NCBI GenBank assembly: GCA_038209745.1
Contig: JBBQXJ010000066.1
Span: 1-26,430, forward strand
DNA length: 26,430 nucleotides
DNA from: Verrucomicrobiota bacterium
GTDB lineage: Bacteria; Verrucomicrobiota; Verrucomicrobiia; Limisphaerales; CANJSG01
Reading direction: 5' to 3'
Shown: in pieces, positions 10,307-18,409 of the stretch
Layout: the number at the start of each line of letters is the position of its first letter
Numbering within the stretch: position 1 is the stretch's first letter
Position numbers and translations under genes: made by a program
Notes under the pieces: model-generated
What the model was told of the DNA's origin: nothing
What the model saw: the letters and a program-made list of their open reading frames with translations, nothing else
Database searches by the model: none

Positions 10307-11160
10307 CGTTGTCCCGATGGATGGTTGGTATCGGAGTGCTTGCTGTTTGGCTCGCGTCTCCAAGCCGGTCGCTCGCCGCGACCCTGAAGATCAACGGATC
10401 CACCACGGTCAATCTGCCCGTGGCCGAAGCGGCCGAAGTCCTGCGAGCGGAACGCAAGATGGACATCCAGGTGGACACCCAAGGGGGAAGTTCCGGCGGC
10501 ATCTCGGCGTTGGGCGACGGGCTCGTGCAGATGGGCATGTCCTCGAAGCACCTGACGGCGACCGACCGCACCAAATATCCAAAAGTTCGGTTCAAAGAAA
10601 TCCACGTGGGCGAGGACGCGGTTGCTCTGGTGGTGTCCCGAGACGTCTGGGAGTCGGGCCTGCGGGCGTTGACCAAGACGCAGGTGCGGGACATCTACGA
10701 AGGCCGGACCGACAACTGGAAGCAGGTTGGCGGGCCGGATCGGCGGATCGCGTTCTTCAACAAGGAACCAGGACGCGGCACGTGGGAGGTGTTCGTCATT
10801 TGGCTGTATGGAAACCCAAAGACGGCTCCCGCCGTCAATTTCCTGGAAGTGGGAGGCAACGAGGAAACGAGGAGCAAGGTGGCGTCGACGCGGGGCGCCA
10901 TGTCGCAGCTGTCGTCGTCCTGGGCGGATGGCAAGACCGTGTTCGCTCTCGGGCTCACGGACGAATCGGGCCAGACCATCGAGCCGACCGCTGCGACCAT
11001 CGCGACGCACAAATATCCTATGAGCCGTCCGCTCTTCCTTCTGACCAACGGCGAGCCGAAGGACGAGGCAAAACAGTTCGTCGACTTCATGTTGAGCGCA
11101 CCGGGCCAGGCCCTGGTGAGGAAGCACGGCTATCTCTCCCTCGATGAGTTGAAGCAATGA
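10300..11160 (+). CDS. pstS: PstS-like periplasmic oxyanion-binding protein of an ABC importer, with a divergent binding motif
   Basis: Sec signal ending SLA-A; INGSTTV, GGSSGG, MGMSSK, NWKQVGG, YPMSRPLF, FVDFMLS..GQ. KEPGRGT replaces R-x-x-GSGT. Alternative start ATG 10282. Confidence 0.85.
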   Translation: MRTLSRWMVGIGVLAVWLASPSRSLAATLKINGSTTVNLPVAEAAEVLRAERKMDIQVDTQGGSSGGISALGDGLVQMGMSSKHLTATDRTKYPKVRFKEIHVGEDAVALVVSRDVWESGLRALTKTQVRDIYEGRTDNWKQVGGPDRRIAFFNKEPGRGTWEVFVIWLYGNPKTAPAVNFLEVGGNEETRSKVASTRGAMSQLSSSWADGKTVFALGLTDESGQTIEPTAATIATHKYPMSRPLFLLTNGEPKDEAKQFVDFMLSAPGQALVRKHGYLSLDELKQ

Positions 11161-12065
11161 AAGCGGCGGGTTGGAAACGGCGGCTTACGCCCACGCGGCT
11201 TCTCGCCTACGGGTTCAGCGCGCTGACGCTGGCCATTGTTGGCTCGGCGCTCGCGATGTTCCTTTGGCAGAGCTTTCCGGTGTGGCGACACGAGGGGCTA
11301 GGCTATCTCACAGGCAAGCAGTGGCACTACCGGGGGCAGCAATTTGGCGCGTTGCCCATGATCTATGGCAGCGTCGTGGTCTCCGTATTGGCTCTTTTGT
11401 TGGCTGCGCCGATAGGAATCGGGACTGCCGTCTTCGCCGTCGAAGTGGTTCCGGGCAGACTTCGGATCGCGCTCAAGATTCTGGTCGAGCTGCTCTCAGG
11501 AATCCCATCCGTGGTCTACGGGCTGCTGGGGATCCTCTTCCTGCGGAACTGGGTCTACACCGCGTTCGAGCGGTTCGATCCCCTGAGCGGCGACACCTTG
11601 TTGACGGCGTCCCTGCTGCTCGCGGTGATGATCCTCCCGACCACCATGACGCTCAGCGAGGACGCGCTGCGCGGGGTTCCCAACGCCCAGCGGATCGCGG
11701 CCAGAGGCCTTGGCCTGACCAGGGCCGAAACCGTCTTTTCCGTCACGCTGCCACAGGCCGCGCCGGGCATTGTCTCGGCCGTCCTGCTCGGGCTGGGGCG
11801 GGCATTGGGCGAAACCATCGCCGTCTTCCTCGTGGTGGGCCGTCAGGACAACCAATGGCCTTCGAATCTGTTTTCGCTGCGCCCGCTGATAGAGGGAGGC
11901 CAGACGCTGACCAGCAAGCTGGGCGGTTCCGAGACGAACATCGCCTTCGGAGATCCTCTTCACTGGGCCGCGATCGTGGGGCTCGGCCTGATCCTGTTCG
12001 CTCTGACCGCGGCGGCGACTTTGGCCAGCCTCTGGTTTGGAGCCCGAAGGAGGGACGATGCGTAG
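11157..12065 (+). CDS. pstC: PstC-like ABC permease
   Basis: FGALPMIYGS, ELLSGIPSVVYGLLG, MILPT..TLSEDALRGVP, LGLGRALGETIAV. ATGA overlap with the pstS-like stop. Confidence 0.92.
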   Translation: MKAAGWKRRLTPTRLLAYGFSALTLAIVGSALAMFLWQSFPVWRHEGLGYLTGKQWHYRGQQFGALPMIYGSVVVSVLALLLAAPIGIGTAVFAVEVVPGRLRIALKILVELLSGIPSVVYGLLGILFLRNWVYTAFERFDPLSGDTLLTASLLLAVMILPTTMTLSEDALRGVPNAQRIAARGLGLTRAETVFSVTLPQAAPGIVSAVLLGLGRALGETIAVFLVVGRQDNQWPSNLFSLRPLIEGGQTLTSKLGGSETNIAFGDPLHWAAIVGLGLILFALTAAATLASLWFGARRRDDA

Positions 12066-12909
12066 GGCGAAAAACGTGCTGTTCGTCGCCACGACCGCCG
12101 GATGCGCGGTGCTGTCCTGTGGAGTGTTGCTGGCCATCGTTGGCGCCGTTCTCAGTCGGGGATTCCATGCGGTGAGCTGGGGCTTTCTCACCGAGCAGAT
12201 CCGCCTGGTAGGGGCCGATGGCGGGATTTTCTACAACCTGATCGGAACCCTCATTCTGATCACCACCGCGCTGGTGGTTTGCACGCCGTTCGCGCTCGGG
12301 ATCGGCCTGCTCTGCGGCGTGTATTGGAGGCGGAGCCGTTGGCGGCGCGGTCTGGTGTTTCTTCTTTATCTGCTGAACGGCGTGCCTTCGATCCTGTTGG
12401 GTCTTCTCGGGCTGATGGTCTTCGTGAAGTATCTGGGGTGGGGCAAATCCTGGCTCGCGGGTGGAATCATCCTCGGGGCGATGATCCTTCCTTCCGTCGC
12501 AATCGCTCTGATCGAACGCATCGATGGACTCCCGGCGAAATACGCCGAAGCGGCGGCGGGCCTCGGACTGAGCCCCGGCCAGATCATCTGGTCGGTCATC
12601 GTGCCACAAAGCCTCAACGGACTGGTCACGGGATTGCTTTTGGGCTTGGCCCGGGCGGCTGGCGAAACCGCCCCCATCATGTTCACGGCGACGATCTTTG
12701 CGGGGGCCACTCTGCCCCACGAAATCAAGGAAAGCCCCGTTCTCTCGTTGCCCTACCACATCTTCGTATTGGCGCAGGACTCCTTCGATCCGCAGGTCGC
12801 GGGGAAGCTTTGGGGCACCGCGCTCGTCCTGCTGGGCATGGTTTTTATTCTCAGCCTCGCCGCGCTGCCCGTCCGCCTGCGGACCCGCGAGGAGGCGCAG
12901 CATCCCTGA
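12058..12909 (+). CDS. pstA: PstA-like ABC permease
   Basis: GGIFYNLIGT, LNGVPSILLGLLG, EAAAGLG, LARAAGETAPIMFT, LSLPYHIF. Overlaps the pstC stop. Confidence 0.92.
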   Translation: MRRAKNVLFVATTAGCAVLSCGVLLAIVGAVLSRGFHAVSWGFLTEQIRLVGADGGIFYNLIGTLILITTALVVCTPFALGIGLLCGVYWRRSRWRRGLVFLLYLLNGVPSILLGLLGLMVFVKYLGWGKSWLAGGIILGAMILPSVAIALIERIDGLPAKYAEAAAGLGLSPGQIIWSVIVPQSLNGLVTGLLLGLARAAGETAPIMFTATIFAGATLPHEIKESPVLSLPYHIFVLAQDSFDPQVAGKLWGTALVLLGMVFILSLAALPVRLRTREEAQHP

Positions 12910-13721
12910 TGAAAACCCCGGATCCATTGCTTGAAGCGCGAGGCCTGACGGTGACGGTCGGTGGCAGGACGATTCTGCGCGACGTCGATCTGAAGGCCGT
13001 CCGCCACCGGGTCGTGGGGATCATCGGACAGTCGGGCGCCGGCAAGAGCACGCTGTTGAAGTGTCTCAACCGCCTGATCGAACTGGATCCGCGCTACACC
13101 TTGACGGGAGATGTTCGACTCGACGGTCTCTCCATCTATGGCGCCGGAGTCGATGTGGAGGCGCTTCGCGCCCGCGTCGGGATCCTCTTCCAGCAGCCCG
13201 TCGTCTTTCCCCGGAGCATTTTCCAAAACGTGCTGTTCGGCGTGCGCCATCACGGAAAGGTGCCTCGGCGCAACTGGCCGGAGGTCGCCGAGCGCGCCCT
13301 CGAAGAAGTGACCCTGTGGAACGAAGTCAAAGACCGTCTCCACGATTCGGCCCTGCGTCTTTCCGTGGGCCAGCAACAGCGGCTCTGTCTTGCCCGAACG
13401 CTGGCGGTCGGTCCCGAGGTGATCCTGATGGACGAGCCCACCAGCGCGCTCGACCCGCGCTCCGTCGCCGCGATCGAGGAATTGATCCTGCGGCTGAAAG
13501 CCACCCGCACCGTCGTTCTCGTGACCCACAACCTGGAACAGGCCCGCCGGGTCGCGGACACCCTCGTCTGTCTCTGCGTCCGCGACGGAGCCGGAGAGAT
13601 CGCGGAATCCGGATCTTGCGCCGATGTCCTGACCCATCCCCGGTGCTCCGAGACCATTCATTTTCTGGAATCGGAGGGCCGCTCAAGCCTTCAAACCGAC
13701 AGTTCCCTCAAGAAAGGCTGA
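12909..13721 (+). CDS. pstB: PstB-like ABC ATPase
   Basis: ATG 12909 in a TGATG overlap. Walker A GQSGAGKST, CLNRL, LFQQP, signature LSVGQQQRLCLAR, Walker B ILMDEPTSALDP, VTHNLEQARRVAD. Confidence 0.92.
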   Translation: MKTPDPLLEARGLTVTVGGRTILRDVDLKAVRHRVVGIIGQSGAGKSTLLKCLNRLIELDPRYTLTGDVRLDGLSIYGAGVDVEALRARVGILFQQPVVFPRSIFQNVLFGVRHHGKVPRRNWPEVAERALEEVTLWNEVKDRLHDSALRLSVGQQQRLCLARTLAVGPEVILMDEPTSALDPRSVAAIEELILRLKATRTVVLVTHNLEQARRVADTLVCLCVRDGAGEIAESGSCADVLTHPRCSETIHFLESEGRSSLQTDSSLKKG

Positions 13722-13723
13722 CC

Positions 13724-16228
13724 ATGTCGAAACTGTCCCGTCGCGACTTCCTCAAAGCCGCCGCCATCACCTCGGCGACCCTTCCCGCCGCGACGTTGTT
13801 GAGCCAAACAAAGTCGCTCGCAGCCACAGCCCCGGACAACCCTACCAGCAAGTCGGTTTCCCATGGATTCGACTTCACCCGCCAGTCCGCCGCGTTGCAG
13901 CCGGACAAGGTGGTCGACAGCGCCTGCCAGTTCTGCAACTCGCTCTGCCGCCTGAAAGTCCACCTCAAGGACGGGCGCATCATCGAGGTGCGCGGCGAAC
14001 CCGCCGACCCCGTCCAGGCGGGCGGTCTCTGCGTCAAGGGCGAGACCATGATGACCCAGCTGGTCTACAACCGGTTCCGCCTGACCCGCCCCATGAAGCG
14101 CGTCTCGGGCGAGAAGGGTTCGGCCGACTCCAAGTTTGAACCGGTGTCATGGGATGAAGCCCTCGACATCGTCGCGAAGAAGTTTCTCGCTCTGCGGGAC
14201 GCCGGTGAAGCCCGGGCAATCGCCAACAAGACGTCGGGGCGCCTGCCCCGCGGCACCGGTTCTGTCGTGGGCCGGTTGTTCACCCTGCTGGGAAGTCCGA
14301 ACGACACGGACGTCGGACCCGTGTGCAACGACGCCGGCGGGAACGCGCTGGCCTGGACCTTCGGTCTCGGCAATTTCACCAACGGCTACGGCGTGGATGG
14401 CGCGACGGGCCAAGAAGACCTGGGTTCGGCGAAGTTCTTCCTCTTTCTCGGCACCAACCAGGCGGAGACCCATCCGGTCACGTTCGAGTATCTGCTGCGC
14501 GAGCGCGCCAAAACCGGAGCCAAACTGGTCGTGGTCGATCCCCGGCTGACGCCGACCGGCGCCCAGGCGGACGATTGGTTGGCGCCCAAACCCCAGACCG
14601 ACATGGCGCTCGTGCTGGCCATGCTCCATCACATCGTCGAGCGGGAACTGCACGACAAGGCGTTCGTTGCCCAGTGGGTCGTGGGTTTCGAGGAACTACG
14701 CGCCCATCTCAAGGAGAAGAACTATACCCCGGAGTGGGCCGAATCCGTGAGCGGCGTCGCGGCCGCGACCATTCGCCGGATCGCCGGGCAATACGCGACG
14801 AGCAAGCCCGCCGCGATCTTCTGCAACGCGGGGATTTCGCATCAATTGAACGCCTTCGACACCTACCGCTGTTTGGCCTTCTTGGCGGCCATCACGGGAA
14901 ACGTCGGGATCAACGGAGGCGGTTGCAATTTCATGCACAACACGTGGCCCGGCGGGTTGAACCTGCCGCCCGTCAAAGGCACGACGCCGAAGAAGGACGT
15001 GGCCTTGCCCGTGGGACCGGACTACTTCGCCGAGTCCATTCTCAGCGGGAAGCCCTACCGGCTTCGGGCCATCGTCACCCAGGGCAATCCGATCCTCGGC
15101 AGCGCGAACACCGGCAAGGTCAAAGACGCGTTCCGCAAGCTGGAGTTCTACGTCTACACCGGTCTTTTCATGGAGGAGGCGGCCTACTATGCCGACATCA
15201 TTCTCCCGGCCTGCAGCGGCTTCGAGATGGAGACGGTCTACATGCGCCGCGACGACCGCGCGATCCGCTGGCAGGAGCAGGCCGTGCCCCGCGTCGGCGA
15301 ATCGAAGCCCGACTGGGAAATGTGGATCGACCTCGGGCGTGCCATGGCGAGGCACGACACCAGGAATCCACCCAACTACTGGACCGACAATTTGGCGGAA
15401 GAATGGAGGGACTATCGCAACCTGTGGGACGTCTTCGTGGGGAACACGCCCGGAATGGGCGGAATGACTCGCGACCGGATGTCGGCTCGCACCGAGCCGT
15501 TGCGTTGGCCCTGCCCGACCGTGCAGCACCCCGGCGTCAGCACCCTCTATCTGGACCATGCTTCCTGGTATGAAGCCGCCGTGGCGCTGGATCCGGCGAA
15601 CGCGGGCAAACGGTTCCTGACGCCGAGCGGCAAGATCGAGCTCGCCACTCCCGCCATCCAAGAAAAGCTGGCATCGGCGGGCCACTTCGCGCTGCCAATT
15701 TTCTACACCCATCCAGAAGTCACCGGCCGAAATCCCGGCATCGAATACCTCGATCAATTCGTCCGCAATCCGGTCAATCCCCAGGCGCTGACCCCCACGG
15801 TGAAAATTGGCGGGCTGTCGGATGGCGAGGTCCACCGGCGCTTCCCGCTGATGGGCATGATCGGCCGACCCAGCGTCGTCCACTTCGCCGGCGTGACCCA
15901 GTGGACCTATATCGGCAAACAGATGAACGGTCTGCGTCTGGTTCAGATTCACCCCGCGGCCGCTCAACGAGCAGGCATCCAGGACGGTGACAAGGTGGTG
16001 GTCGAAAGCCCGCAGGGTTCCGTCACCGGCACGGCTCTCTTCTGGGAAGGGATCCGGGAAGACACCATTTTCGTCCCAAATACGTTCGGCCCGATGCAGA
16101 GGATGGGCGACGAGTTCGGCGTGCCGGCCTATGAGCCCGCGAACACCCTCGTGAGCGACCGCTATTTCGACAACCTCTCCGGCCAGCAAGCCTACAAGTG
16201 CTTCGCCTGTCTCGTCCGGAAGGCGTGA
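13724..16228 (+). CDS. Tat-exported molybdopterin (Mo/W-bisPGD, DMSO reductase superfamily) oxidoreductase catalytic subunit, 834 aa, substrate unknown
   Basis: ATG 13724, 2 nt after the pstB stop. Twin-arginine signal SRRDFLK. [4Fe-4S] motif C-X2-C-X3-C-X27-C-V-K (CQFCNSLC...LCVKG). Also RLTRPM, SWDEAL, GTNQAETHP, VVVDPR, ADIILPA, FLTPSGKIE and the C-terminal molybdopterin-binding domain (IHPAAAQRAGIQDGDKVVVES). Confidence 0.93.
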   Translation: MSKLSRRDFLKAAAITSATLPAATLLSQTKSLAATAPDNPTSKSVSHGFDFTRQSAALQPDKVVDSACQFCNSLCRLKVHLKDGRIIEVRGEPADPVQAGGLCVKGETMMTQLVYNRFRLTRPMKRVSGEKGSADSKFEPVSWDEALDIVAKKFLALRDAGEARAIANKTSGRLPRGTGSVVGRLFTLLGSPNDTDVGPVCNDAGGNALAWTFGLGNFTNGYGVDGATGQEDLGSAKFFLFLGTNQAETHPVTFEYLLRERAKTGAKLVVVDPRLTPTGAQADDWLAPKPQTDMALVLAMLHHIVERELHDKAFVAQWVVGFEELRAHLKEKNYTPEWAESVSGVAAATIRRIAGQYATSKPAAIFCNAGISHQLNAFDTYRCLAFLAAITGNVGINGGGCNFMHNTWPGGLNLPPVKGTTPKKDVALPVGPDYFAESILSGKPYRLRAIVTQGNPILGSANTGKVKDAFRKLEFYVYTGLFMEEAAYYADIILPACSGFEMETVYMRRDDRAIRWQEQAVPRVGESKPDWEMWIDLGRAMARHDTRNPPNYWTDNLAEEWRDYRNLWDVFVGNTPGMGGMTRDRMSARTEPLRWPCPTVQHPGVSTLYLDHASWYEAAVALDPANAGKRFLTPSGKIELATPAIQEKLASAGHFALPIFYTHPEVTGRNPGIEYLDQFVRNPVNPQALTPTVKIGGLSDGEVHRRFPLMGMIGRPSVVHFAGVTQWTYIGKQMNGLRLVQIHPAAAQRAGIQDGDKVVVESPQGSVTGTALFWEGIREDTIFVPNTFGPMQRMGDEFGVPAYEPANTLVSDRYFDNLSGQQAYKCFACLVRKA

Positions 16229-16242
16229 TCCCAGGGACTCGG

Positions 16243-16449
16243 ATGACCATTGAGATTTTCAATCGTGAAGACCGCTCTGCGGAGCTCGTGGAGCTCGTGG
16301 AGCTGATCCACTTGCCGCGCGCAGGCGAAAAGTTCATCGCCCGCAACGGTAAAGAATTCTTGGTGTTCCGCGTTGTCCATACACCCTTCGACTCCAACCG
16401 GTCCGTGCGGATCATCGTGGGAATTCGGGGCTCCTTTGCTGAAAGTTGA
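16243..16449 (+). CDS. Small hypothetical protein (68 aa), probable last gene of the operon
   Basis: ATG 14 nt after the molybdoenzyme stop, with AGGGA upstream. MTIEIFNRED...HLPRAGEKFI..GKEFLVFRVVH has globular, beta-rich composition. No family recognised. Confidence 0.5.
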   Translation: MTIEIFNREDRSAELVELVELIHLPRAGEKFIARNGKEFLVFRVVHTPFDSNRSVRIIVGIRGSFAES

Positions 16450-16499
16450 ATCGACGGTCCCGAAGAAGCCGCCCAATCAAACCAGCGCCAACATCGCGC

Positions 16500-16750
16500 C
16501 CTCGATCACGGTTCATCCGGAAGGACTGCGCCCAGAAGCCTGCATCCAACCGCATCCTCCAAGAAAGGGGTCAGTGTTCGGGCAGAGCCCGACGACCGTC
16601 TGGATCCCGAGCTGCCCTATCCGTTGGCGGCCCGTCGAAGAAGACCGGAAGAGGCGGTCCTGATGGACGTCAAAGTCACCGCTCAAAGTCTTCCTCTTCG
16701 GGTCCAACTCAAGCGCAGCTCGGGCATCCCGTCCTCGCCGAAGCCGATCC
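16500..16750 (+). pseudogene. TonB C-terminal domain relic
   Basis: Frame from 16561 reads VRAEPDDRLDPELPYPLAARRRRPEEAVLMDVKVTAQ...VQLKRSSG, then PVLAEA after a frameshift. This matches the TonB_C pattern YP..ARR...EG.V...V.V....V....SSG...LD.AA. No start, TM anchor or complete C-terminus. Confidence 0.7.
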
Positions 16751-16804
16751 CTGCGACGCAAATTTCCGCTTCAATCTCACGTTTTAAGCTCATAGCGTCT
16801 TGTG

Positions 16805-17155
16805 ATGCACAGTCTGTCAGTTTGCTTGCAGGCACTTGTGGCGGCGGCGGTTTTTTTCGTGTGGGTGGTGCGCTACGCCAACATCGTTCAAGAGTTCAAA
16901 AAGTATGGCCTGCCCGACTGGCTGCGCGACCTCGTGGGTGTCTTGAAGATGACCTTCGCTTTGCTGCTGTTGATTGGAGTCGAGCGTCCTCAATTTGCCT
17001 TGGTGGGCGGCGTCGGCATCGCCCTCATGATGATCGCGGCCTTCGTCGCGCATCTGCGGGCGAAAAATCCCATCTTCAAAATGCTGCCGTGCCTCGGCTT
17101 GCTGGTTCTCGCCACTCTCATCGCGTGGATCAACTTTGGATTGCTGGGAAAGTAG
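16805..17155 (+). CDS. DoxX-like membrane protein
   Basis: About four hydrophobic segments; [19 protein letters not shown] and [12 protein letters not shown] are typical of DoxX_2-type proteins. Confidence 0.8.
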   Translation: MHSLSVCLQALVAAAVFFVWVVRYANIVQEFKKYGLPDWLRDLVGVLKMTFALLLLIGVERPQFALVGGVGIALMMIAAFVAHLRAKNPIFKMLPCLGLLVLATLIAWINFGLLGK

Positions 17156-17291
17156 CCTTCGCACGACGGCAGGCGTCGCTGCAAAACTTTACGTTCTCCC
17201 AATCGCGCGCCCACTTCCTTCGCCAGGCGAACGGCCGGCCGCGCGCCACACAAAGCTTCGCCGGCAGATGTTGCTTCTTCACCCCGCGCAT
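17130..17291 (-). CDS. DUF2256 family small protein
   Basis: [42 protein letters not shown] matches the family pattern LP.K.C..CGRPF.WRKKW...W..V.YCS..CR. The second Cys is replaced by Arg. Confidence 0.82.
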   Translation of the reverse strand: MRGVKKQHLPAKLCVARGRPFAWRRKWARDWENVKFCSDACRRAKATFPAIQS

Positions 17292-18280
17292 CTTGATCCC
17301 CTCTTCCACTGCTTGAGGATTTCCGCCGCGGCCCAACCCGACAGCGCCGCGCCCTCGACTTTTGATCCCGCAAAGGCATCGCCAGCAAAGATCAGTGGCG
17401 GCGCTTCATTCGCGAGCAGGCAGGCGCATTCTTCCACCCGCAGCGGCTTGCTGTAGCGCCACGCGTGGACTTGAAATTCCTTCACCGCCGCGCCCAGCCA
17501 AGGGGCGGCGGCCCGCAGGAGTTCACGACCACTTTCCTTCCGGTCCTCCTGCCAGTGTTCGACGCTGAAGGCGTGGCTGGCGTGAATTGTCACGGCGGCC
17601 TGGGGCGAGATGCCTTTCAATTGATTGTCGGCCAGCCACGAGATCGGACCTTCGGTGAATTGCCGGCCGCCCGGCGAAGGAATCTGCGACGGCCCATCCA
17701 ACACCGCGAGCACGGCAAGACAGCGTTCGTATTCGATGGTTTCGAGCCGCGTCCTCATCGGCTTTACCAGTGCAAATCCCCCGTGGTCCAAAAGCGCGAG
17801 GGACTGCGGCACTGGCGGTGTGAGCAGGAGCGCGCCAGCGGTGAATGTTTCGCCGTCCTTCGTGCGCGCCAGCCAGCCCGACGCCATTGCGCTCAACGAT
17901 GCGATCGGTTTCTCCAGGCGCACCTCTACCTCTTTCGCGAGGAGTTTGGACACGGAGTTCATCCCGGGATTGCCACGCCATCGGGGGTGACCATCGGCCT
18001 GTTCGGCAAAACCTCGACACCATTCGACGACCGCGCCGTCCTCGACCAAACCGCCCAGCATCCCCTGGAAACGCGCGCTGCGCGCCGTCATGAACTGGGC
18101 ACCGTGATCAAACACGGCCTCGCCCAACCGCCGCGTCGCCATCCGGCCGCCCACGCTCCGGCTTTTGTCGAGCACCAGCACGCGACGCCCCGCGCGCTGC
18201 AACTCGGTTGCCGCGCTCAGCCCGGCCATCCCGGCGCCAAGGATCAAAATCTCTGTGTCGTGGTTCGAAGACAGGTTCAC
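17279..18280 (-). CDS. FAD/NAD(P)-dependent oxidoreductase, renalase-like
   Basis: [60 protein letters not shown]. Start GTG 18280 inferred; the track's extension to 18487 overlaps the divergent gene. Confidence 0.9.
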   Translation of the reverse strand: MNLSSNHDTEILILGAGMAGLSAATELQRAGRRVLVLDKSRSVGGRMATRRLGEAVFDHGAQFMTARSARFQGMLGGLVEDGAVVEWCRGFAEQADGHPRWRGNPGMNSVSKLLAKEVEVRLEKPIASLSAMASGWLARTKDGETFTAGALLLTPPVPQSLALLDHGGFALVKPMRTRLETIEYERCLAVLAVLDGPSQIPSPGGRQFTEGPISWLADNQLKGISPQAAVTIHASHAFSVEHWQEDRKESGRELLRAAAPWLGAAVKEFQVHAWRYSKPLRVEECACLLANEAPPLIFAGDAFAGSKVEGAALSGWAAAEILKQWKRGSRCAG

Positions 18281-18409
18281 TCGGGAGATAACTCGTCGGA
18301 AGTTGGACGAGTTGCAAATCAAGCCCGGAGTTTGACGCCGACAATCACCTGGTTTGTCCCTCGACAACGTTCCGACTATATCTTTTCTGCCGTGACTGCA
18401 CCCTTGCCA

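Noticed and set aside
12102..13721. 539-aa ORF suggesting a PstA-PstB fusion
   Set aside because: The upstream part is an alternative frame over pstA with no membrane character. PstB starts at the TGATG overlap (12909).
13061..16228. 1055-aa ORF suggesting a long N-terminal extension or fusion on the molybdoenzyme
   Set aside because: The first ~220 codons are an off-frame overlap with pstB. The Tat signal starts at ATG 13724, right after the pstB stop.
13724..16228. Calling the enzyme aioA, arrA, napA or fdh, or a selenoprotein
   Set aside because: The four-Cys cluster, own Tat leader and absent Rieske gene argue against AioA; Nap and Fdh active-site motifs are missing; no arrB is present. 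The ligand codon is TGC and there is no in-frame TGA.
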